Shown here one piece after another: positions 58,001-64,000 of a DNA stretch of 64,000 nucleotides. The number at the start of each line of letters is the position of its first letter. Position 1 is the stretch's first letter. The notes beneath the pieces were generated by a model. It did not search any database. It saw only the letters and a list, made by a program, of their open reading frames with translations, and was not told the origin of the DNA. A program made the position numbers and the translations under genes. The stretch lies in the NCBI GenBank assembly GCA_965219855.1, contig CBDCOR010000010.1, forward strand, positions 144,164 to 208,163, given 5' to 3'. Origin of the DNA: Acidobacteriota bacterium (GTDB lineage Bacteria; Acidobacteriota; UBA6911; RPQK01; JAJDTT01).

Positions 58001-59460
58001 AGCCTGGCTCCAGCAGCCAAGAGCTCGGCCACGGGGGCGCGCAAATAGGAGAGGACGCTCTCAGGGTAGAGACCGAGACACAACGCGAGCAATGCCAGGG
58101 GGGCCAAAGTGGCCACCTCACGGGGGTTGAGCTCGAGCTTGAGTCCGTTTAGCCCTGGGTTCACCTCGCCCATGACCACCCGGTAGAAGAGCCAAACCAG
58201 ATAGGCCGTTCCCAGGGCCACGCCCCAGACAGCCATGACCCCGAACCAGACCTCGGTCTTGAAGGCGCCGCTAATGATCAGGAACTCCCCCACGAAGGAG
58301 TTTAAACCCGGGAATCCGGCCGCCGCCAGGCAAAACAGCGCCAGTAATGTGGAGTAGACTGGCGCGACTTTGGCCACTCCCCCGTAGTCTTTGATCTCCC
58401 GCGTGTGAGTGCGCTCGTAGATCATGCCGACACACAGGAAGAGGGCCGCGGAGATGATCCCATGGTTGATCATCTGGAGGATGGCGCCTTCGACCCCGGC
58501 GCGGTTGAGAGTGAAGATGCCCAGCGTGACGAAACCCATGTGGCTGACGCTCGAAAAAGCTATGAGACGCTTGACGTCTGTCTGGACCAGGCTCACGTAG
58601 GCGCCATAGACGATAGCCACCGCGGAGATGACGAGCATGGGCGTGAGGAAAAGCTGGACTGCGTCGGGAAGTATGGGCAGGGAAACCCGCAAGAATCCGT
58701 AGGCGCCCATCTTGAGAAGGATCCCGGCCAGGATCACGCTCCCTGCGGTGGGGGCCTCGGTGTGGGCGTTGGGAAGCCAGGTATGTACGGGGAACATGGG
58801 AACCTTGACTGCGAAGGCGGCCAGGAAGGCCGCGAAGAGCCAAGCCTGGAACCTGGGCTCAAGCGTCTCATCGGCCAGAGCCTTGAAGTCCAAGCTGCCG
58901 CAGGCGTCGTAGAGGGCGATGATGGCCACCAACATCAAGACGCTGCCGGCCAATGTGAAGAGCAGAAACTTGACCGCAGCGAAGACGCGCCCCGGACCTC
59001 CCCAGACGCCGATGAGGAGGAAGAGGGGAATAATCATGAGTTCCCAAAAGACGTAGAACAGAAAAAGGTTGGTGCAGGCGAAGAGCCCGATCATCGCGGT
59101 CTCGGCGACCAGGAGCGAGGCGTAGAATTCTTTCACTCGGGTGCCGACGGCAGTCCAGGAGGCACTGACACAGAGGACGCTCAAGACGGCGGAGAGCAAG
59201 ATAAAGGGGAGGCTGATTCCGTCCACGCCCATCCCATAGGCAATGTTCCAGGTCGGGATCCACTCTGCGGACTCGACGAACTGCAGGGCGCTCGAAGCTT
59301 TTTCAAAGTGTAAGTAGAGCGGGGTTGAGACCGCCAGGGTGGCCAGCGTCGTGGCCAACGCGATCCAGCGCGCGTACCGCTCGCCGGCAAAAAGCAGGAT
59401 CGCGGCCGCACCCACGATGGGCAGAAAGGTTGTCGCCGTCAAAACCGGGTAGTCTGTCAT
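57997..59460 (-). CDS. nuoM: NADH-quinone oxidoreductase subunit M
   Basis: 487 aa, Mrp-antiporter-like fold. Position between L and N. Confidence 0.85.
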   Translation of the reverse strand: MTDYPVLTATTFLPIVGAAAILLFAGERYARWIALATTLATLAVSTPLYLHFEKASSALQFVESAEWIPTWNIAYGMGVDGISLPFILLSAVLSVLCVSASWTAVGTRVKEFYASLLVAETAMIGLFACTNLFLFYVFWELMIIPLFLLIGVWGGPGRVFAAVKFLLFTLAGSVLMLVAIIALYDACGSLDFKALADETLEPRFQAWLFAAFLAAFAVKVPMFPVHTWLPNAHTEAPTAGSVILAGILLKMGAYGFLRVSLPILPDAVQLFLTPMLVISAVAIVYGAYVSLVQTDVKRLIAFSSVSHMGFVTLGIFTLNRAGVEGAILQMINHGIISAALFLCVGMIYERTHTREIKDYGGVAKVAPVYSTLLALFCLAAAGFPGLNSFVGEFLIISGAFKTEVWFGVMAVWGVALGTAYLVWLFYRVVMGEVNPGLNGLKLELNPREVATLAPLALLALCLGLYPESVLSYLRAPVAELLAAGARL

Positions 59461-61238
59461 GATGTGAGCATCGCCAGGAGCAGGAGCGCAACCACTCCGG
59501 CCGCTATGAGCATCCCGTAGTGTTGGGTGTTGCCGCTCACCGTGGTTTTCAAGATTTGGCTGGAGAACTGGGTCAGCCGACCCACGCCCACGGCCGCGGA
59601 ATCGACTACGCGGCTGTCGAGCTTGCGTAGGACATTCGCCACGCCCAGCACGGGCCGCCGCACAACAGCCTCATAGATCTCTCCCACGAAGCCGGCCTCG
59701 AGACGAGCCAGTGGCCTCTGCACCAGGGCCACACAGGCCGCCGAACCTTTGCGGTAGAACCAATCCGTGTCGAGGCTGATCTTGGGCTCGGGATCGAGGT
59801 GTTTTAGCAGCAGGAAGAAGCCAAGCGCCGTAAAGCCCAGCATCCCAAGGACGCTTGTGACGTGCTGCAGGGTATAGGGGGCGTAGTCCACGAGGTTTGG
59901 AAGATGCTGGTACAGGAGTCCAGGAAAAACCCCGATCAACACGCAGGCGGCCGCAGCCAAGCCCATGGCCACGAGCATGTTCGTGGGCGGTTCCTGGGCT
60001 TTCAAGCCGGAGTCTTCGCCGAAGAACATATAGTAAGGTAGCTTAAGACCCGTGTGCAGAAAAGTCCCGGCGGAAGCCAAAGTGAGCAGGAGAAAGATCA
60101 GCCCCAGGTGGGCCTCCCCAGCGGCAGAGACCACCATGGACTTGCTTACGAAGCCGCTAAAGAGCGGTACGGCCGAGATGGCGAAGGCGCCTACCATGTA
60201 GAGGCCGAGAGTGATCGGCATGGTCTTGTAGAGTCCTCCCATTTCGCTCAGTTTTCGCCTCCCGGTCACCTCCAAGACGGCACCGGCTCCCATGAAGAGG
60301 AGCCCCTTGTAGAGGATGTGCGCGAAGGCGTGGGCGGTGGCACCGTTCAGGGCCAGCGCAGTCCCGATGCCTACCCCGCAGACCATGTAGCCAACCTGGC
60401 TGATAATATGGTAGGCGAGCAGCCGCCGCGCGTCGTTTTCCAGCACGGCGTAGACCACTCCATAGACCGCCATGGCCGCTCCCAACCACACTAGGAGCTC
60501 GGTGCCGGCGAAGCCGCGGATCAAGACGTAGACCGCGGACTTGGTGGTGAAGGCGGTCAGGAAGACCGCGCCTGTCACCGTGGCCTCGGGGTAGGCGTCC
60601 GGAAGCCAGGCCCCCAGGGGTGGGACAGCCGCGTTGAGGAGAAAGGCGATGAGGATCAAGGTCCAGGCCATGCCGCCGGAAAAAGCTCCCATGTCCCCGA
60701 AGGCGAGCGACCCGGTCTGGGACCAGTGGAGTACGATCCCCGCCAGCAGGAGAAGCCCTCCGAAGACGTGGACGAGTAGATAGCGGAAACCAGCTGCAAC
60801 GGCCGATGGTTCGCGGCGCAGCCACACCAGAACCGCGGCCGAGATCGCCACCACCTCCCAGAACAGGTAAAGAGAGAGGAAGTCACCTGCAAACGTGACC
60901 CCGAGCGCCCCCCCGGCATAGATCAGTGCGGTCACGTGCTGGTCATCGTCCTTCACGTGGAGCGCGTAGACCATACCGAGAAAGGCCATGAGCGAAAAGA
61001 CATAGGAAAAAACCAGGCTCAAGCTGTCCACCCGTCCAAAGACGAGCTCTTGACCCAGGAAGCTCGTCACGCCATAGGTTCCAGGCGTCATGAGCAGGCA
61101 GTCGATCAGCGCCGCGGCAGGCAGAAGGACCATCGCCACGCGCTTGACCCGGCCTTTGAGGAAGAGCAATCCCCAGGCGCCCAGGATCAGCAATAGCCCT
61201 GGGTGAATCCAATCTAGTCTTACGGCATCGAGAGTCAT
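59457..61238 (-). CDS. nuoL: NADH-quinone oxidoreductase subunit L (with C-terminal long horizontal helix)
   Basis: 593 aa. C-terminal amphipathic segment ...LARLEAGFVGEIYEAVVRRPVLGVANVLRKLDSRVVDSAAVGVGRLTQFSSQILKTTVSGNTQHYGMLIAAGVVALLLL followed by a final TM. Confidence 0.85.
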   Translation of the reverse strand: MTLDAVRLDWIHPGLLLILGAWGLLFLKGRVKRVAMVLLPAAALIDCLLMTPGTYGVTSFLGQELVFGRVDSLSLVFSYVFSLMAFLGMVYALHVKDDDQHVTALIYAGGALGVTFAGDFLSLYLFWEVVAISAAVLVWLRREPSAVAAGFRYLLVHVFGGLLLLAGIVLHWSQTGSLAFGDMGAFSGGMAWTLILIAFLLNAAVPPLGAWLPDAYPEATVTGAVFLTAFTTKSAVYVLIRGFAGTELLVWLGAAMAVYGVVYAVLENDARRLLAYHIISQVGYMVCGVGIGTALALNGATAHAFAHILYKGLLFMGAGAVLEVTGRRKLSEMGGLYKTMPITLGLYMVGAFAISAVPLFSGFVSKSMVVSAAGEAHLGLIFLLLTLASAGTFLHTGLKLPYYMFFGEDSGLKAQEPPTNMLVAMGLAAAACVLIGVFPGLLYQHLPNLVDYAPYTLQHVTSVLGMLGFTALGFFLLLKHLDPEPKISLDTDWFYRKGSAACVALVQRPLARLEAGFVGEIYEAVVRRPVLGVANVLRKLDSRVVDSAAVGVGRLTQFSSQILKTTVSGNTQHYGMLIAAGVVALLLLAMLTS

Positions 61239-61315
61239 AACTGGTTAGTCGAGCAGCACCAAATCCCAAGCACCAAGATACAAACAAATCTCATGGACCC
61301 ACAAACCCGCAGATG

Positions 61316-61579
61316 TCAAGAATCATAGTAATCCTCGCGGCGCATGAGCCACACCTTCCCCAGGAATTTGGATACGACGATGATGGCCACGCAGGAGGCA
61401 AGTCCAAAGAGCGAACCCCAGGCCGGAAAGCTCTCGAACGAGAAATGGGAGTGATGGCCGTCGAAAGCCAGGGGCAGAACGATCTCCAACAGAGCCACCG
61501 CAGCCAGGCCAACATAGAACCAGCGCTTGATCCGGGCGAAGCGGACCGGATCTTCCAGCTGTTTTTCCAAGAAGGTCAC
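61316..61579 (-). CDS. Small 2-TM membrane protein (87 aa) encoded between the extra antiporter-like subunit and nuoL
   Basis: MTFLEKQLEDPVRFARIKRWFYVGLAAVALLEIVLPLAFDGHHSHFSFESFPAWGSLFGLASCVAIIVVSKFLGKVWLMRREDYYDS. Start overlaps the upstream gene's stop. Confidence 0.5.
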   Translation of the reverse strand: MTFLEKQLEDPVRFARIKRWFYVGLAAVALLEIVLPLAFDGHHSHFSFESFPAWGSLFGLASCVAIIVVSKFLGKVWLMRREDYYDS

Positions 61580-63081
61580 GGCAGTACCTTTCCAGCCAGT
61601 TCCAAGACAGGGTTCGGGTAAAGGCCCAGGAGCAGACTTGCGGCCGCGCTGATCGCCAAGGGCGCAACCATCCAGGGGACCTCGCGGACCGGCTCCCGGG
61701 TCTGCGGCGGTTCTTCGAAGTAGGCCTTATACACGACCGGGCCAAGGTAGGCTGCGTTGAGAAACGAGCTGACCAGGAGTACCCCTAACAGGGTGAGGCT
61801 GTGAAGTTCCAGCGAGCCGAGGGCCAAGTACCACTTGGAGACGAAGCCAGAGGTGGGGGGAATGCCCACCACGCTCAGGGAGGCAAGCGCAAACGCGGCC
61901 ATGGTCCACGGCATGCTTTTGGCAAGGCCGGACATCTGGCTGACTTCAGTCTTGTGTGTGGAGACGTATATCGAGCCGGCACATAAGAAGAGTGTGATCT
62001 TCGATACGGCGTGGTTAGTGATATGGGCGATCCCGCCCAACACCCCGGCAGTGGCATTTCCGCTTTGAGTCAAGAGCGCCGCTCCCAGGATGATATAGGA
62101 GAGCTGGCTCACCGTGGAGAAGGCCAGCCGGGCCTTGAGGTTGTCCTGTCCGAGCGCCAGAAGGGAACCGACCAGGATTGTCACTGAGGCGGCTCCTAAT
62201 GCCAATTGGTCCGCGCCGATCTCGCGCATGGCTTCGGTGCCAAAAACGAACAGAAAGACACGGAGCGTGGAGAATACCCCGGTTTTGACCACGGCCACCG
62301 CATGCAGCAATGCGCTCACTGGGGTGGGGGCGACCATTGCCGCCGGCAGCCAGCTGTGGAGTGGCATAAGCGCGTTTTTGGCGAATCCGAACAGGAACAG
62401 CGCAAAGATTATAAAGAGCAGCATGGGCTGCGCCGTGATCTGCTCGACCGGCAGAATGCCGCCACTGCGAAACTCCAGGGTTCCGGCCACGTTGTAGGTC
62501 AGGATTATGGCGGCCACCAGAAACACTTTGGCCGCACCCAGAAGATAGATGACGTACTTGCGGGCACCGGCCTTGGCTTCGGTCGTCTCCTTATGACCCA
62601 CGAGGGGGTAGGTGACCAGGGTCAAGGCCTCGTAAAATAAAAACAAGGTGAACAGGTTGGCCGAGAAGGCCACCCCTAACGTGGCGGAAAGGGCCAGAGC
62701 GAAGCAGGCAAAGTAACGGGTTTGAGCGTGCTCTCTAAGCGAACGCATGTAGCCGATCGAGTAGAACGAGGTCAGGATCCACAGGAGCGACGCCCCCGAG
62801 GCAAAAAGGAGGCCGAAGGCGTCCGCCCGAAAGGCTAGTTCAATGCCGGGGAGGATCCGGAAGAGCACACATTCCGGCCTGCCGCCCGCCTGGACCTCCG
62901 GGATCATGCCGGCTACCAGAGCGAACATCACGGCACCGGCGGCAACGGACCAGAACTCCCTCAGATTGGCCCGACGCTCGCCAGTGCATGCAATGAGTAG
63001 CGCGCCCACAGCCGGGACGAGCACTGCCAGCAGAGGCATGACCGAAATCGAGCTACCGGTTGGTTCCACCGCCGTCACCAC
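61576..63081 (-). CDS. Additional MrpD/NuoN/NuoM-like antiporter-type subunit (501 aa, no long C-terminal helix)
   Basis: GIELAFRADAFGLLFASGASLLWILTSFYSIGYMRSLREHAQTRYFACFALALSATLGVAFSANLFTLFLFYEALTLVTYPLVG fits the MrpD/NuoM/N core pattern. Located between nuoK and nuoL. Confidence 0.7.
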   Translation of the reverse strand: MVTAVEPTGSSISVMPLLAVLVPAVGALLIACTGERRANLREFWSVAAGAVMFALVAGMIPEVQAGGRPECVLFRILPGIELAFRADAFGLLFASGASLLWILTSFYSIGYMRSLREHAQTRYFACFALALSATLGVAFSANLFTLFLFYEALTLVTYPLVGHKETTEAKAGARKYVIYLLGAAKVFLVAAIILTYNVAGTLEFRSGGILPVEQITAQPMLLFIIFALFLFGFAKNALMPLHSWLPAAMVAPTPVSALLHAVAVVKTGVFSTLRVFLFVFGTEAMREIGADQLALGAASVTILVGSLLALGQDNLKARLAFSTVSQLSYIILGAALLTQSGNATAGVLGGIAHITNHAVSKITLFLCAGSIYVSTHKTEVSQMSGLAKSMPWTMAAFALASLSVVGIPPTSGFVSKWYLALGSLELHSLTLLGVLLVSSFLNAAYLGPVVYKAYFEEPPQTREPVREVPWMVAPLAISAAASLLLGLYPNPVLELAGKVLP

Positions 63082-63380
63082 TTGAGCTGGGTCAGATCCG
63101 CCACGCCGGCCCCAGGCTTGTTTCGGTTCAACGCAATCACGAGTCCTAGACCGACCCCTGCCTCGGCGGCTGCCACAGCGATCACGAAGAGGGCCAGGAC
63201 CTGGCCGCTTGGGTCATTGAGGTGCCGGCTGAATCCGGCCAGGCTGAGGTTAACTGCATTGAGCATGACCTCGACCGAGACGAGCATCAGGATGATGTTG
63301 CGCCGGGCCAGGAAGCCGAACACTCCAATCCCAAAGAGGACAGCGCTCAGTCCCAGAACCACACCCACGGGCACAATCAT
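63075..63380 (-). CDS. nuoK: NADH-quinone oxidoreductase subunit K
   Basis: 101 aa, ...RNIILMLVSVEVMLNAVNLSLAGF... Confidence 0.85.
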   Translation of the reverse strand: MIVPVGVVLGLSAVLFGIGVFGFLARRNIILMLVSVEVMLNAVNLSLAGFSRHLNDPSGQVLALFVIAVAAAEAGVGLGLVIALNRNKPGAGVADLTQLKW

Positions 63381-63916
63381 GACGCTGCTCTTCTCCTGGC
63401 GAGCACGACCGCGCTCACGATGGCGGCCAAGAGGACGAGCGAGGCTATTTCGAAGGGCAGCGCGAAGGGTCCGAAGAGCGCTGTGCCCATCTGCGAAAGG
63501 CTACCCAGAGCCTGACCTTCCGTTGCCATAAGGGCTGCAGCCGGTGCGGCCTCAGCACCCAGGGGGTTGAGCGTCTCGATCTGGGCGAGCCAGGTCAGGG
63601 CCGCGAATCCGAGCCCCGCGGCGGCGGCGAGCGGCCAGTGGGCGCCGAAGCGCGGCCCGCCCTCCTCGCTCGGCAGGTCGAGCAGCATCAGGACAAAGAT
63701 ATAGAAGACCAGGATGGCGCCCGCGTACACGATCACCTGTACCGCTGCCAGAAACTCCGCCCCCAGCAACAGGAAGATGCCTGCCACGTGCAGGAAGAGG
63801 GCCAGCACCCAGAGCATACTGTGAACGGGATTCTTCCGCGTCACAGCCAGAATTGCGCTCGTGACGCTAGCAGCCGCCATGTAGTAGAAGGCCGCTTGTG
63901 CAGTAAAAAGCGTCAT
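63377..63916 (-). CDS. nuoJ: NADH-quinone oxidoreductase subunit J
   Basis: 179 aa, ...HSMLWVLALFLHVAGIFLLLGAEFLAAVQVIVYAGAILVFYIFVLMLL... Confidence 0.8.
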   Translation of the reverse strand: MTLFTAQAAFYYMAAASVTSAILAVTRKNPVHSMLWVLALFLHVAGIFLLLGAEFLAAVQVIVYAGAILVFYIFVLMLLDLPSEEGGPRFGAHWPLAAAAGLGFAALTWLAQIETLNPLGAEAAPAAALMATEGQALGSLSQMGTALFGPFALPFEIASLVLLAAIVSAVVLARRRAAS

Positions 63917-64000
63917 TGAATTGGGCAGTTGCCGGAGAGGTAGTGGCCCTGGAGGTGGTGGATTGTACGGTCCTCAGTCGTAACGATCCTCTTGACAATG

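Overview
This is a GC-rich (~60%) bacterial chromosomal segment; many coordinates derived by hand are approximate to +/-2 nt. It falls into three parts.

(1) 1-4.5 kb is ordinary chromosome. It carries a phosphonoacetate-hydrolase-like gene running off the left edge, a secreted cupin-fusion protein and an SDR reductase. The SDR 3' palindromic terminator region contains a solo 5' stub of a group II intron.

(2) 4.5-19.6 kb is an IS-laden accessory patch. It begins with an IS3/IS481-like end stub. Two identical IS4-family copies (5611-6927 and 18243-19559), each with its own 8-bp target-site duplication, bracket the rest. Between them lie a head-to-tail tandem dimer of an IS1380-family element (second copy frameshifted), a P2/R-pyocin-like tail-module remnant (gpU'-ORF89-gpX-gpD), a four-gene operon of unknowns on the opposite strand (including a fibre-like protein), and a class-III aminotransferase.

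(3) 19.6-64 kb holds mixed metabolic genes interrupted by several elements: three essentially identical ~2029-nt class-C-type group II introns (each with a 452-aa RT/maturase lacking an endonuclease domain), one ISNCY-like IS, one frameshifted IS1634-like IS, a 2.9-kb IS21-like element (istA frameshifted), and a third IS1380 copy. Each intron sits exactly 7 nt downstream of a member of a ~75-nt palindromic, terminator-like repeat family. That family also has an unoccupied member at 44027-44105 and a degenerate one at ~29527.

The right end carries a complex I (NDH-1) locus in two blocks on the minus strand. Upstream is nuoJ-K-[extra MrpD/NuoN-like subunit]-[87-aa membrane protein]-L-M-N. A 4-kb insert follows, containing a CBS protein, DUF2442, an RHH protein and an intron. 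Downstream is nuoA-B-C-D-(E::F fusion)-G-H-I.

Several otherwise intact genes carry single-base frameshifts: a PhyH paralog, an SSS symporter, istA, the IS1634 transposase and IS1380 copy B. I cannot tell whether these are pseudogenes or sequencing errors.

No CRISPR array, rRNA or convincing tRNA was seen. I did not find a cleanly recognisable novel defence or secretion system. The most promising unexplained loci are the 12.8-16.2 kb orphan operon beside the tail remnant and the extra complex-I subunit pair.
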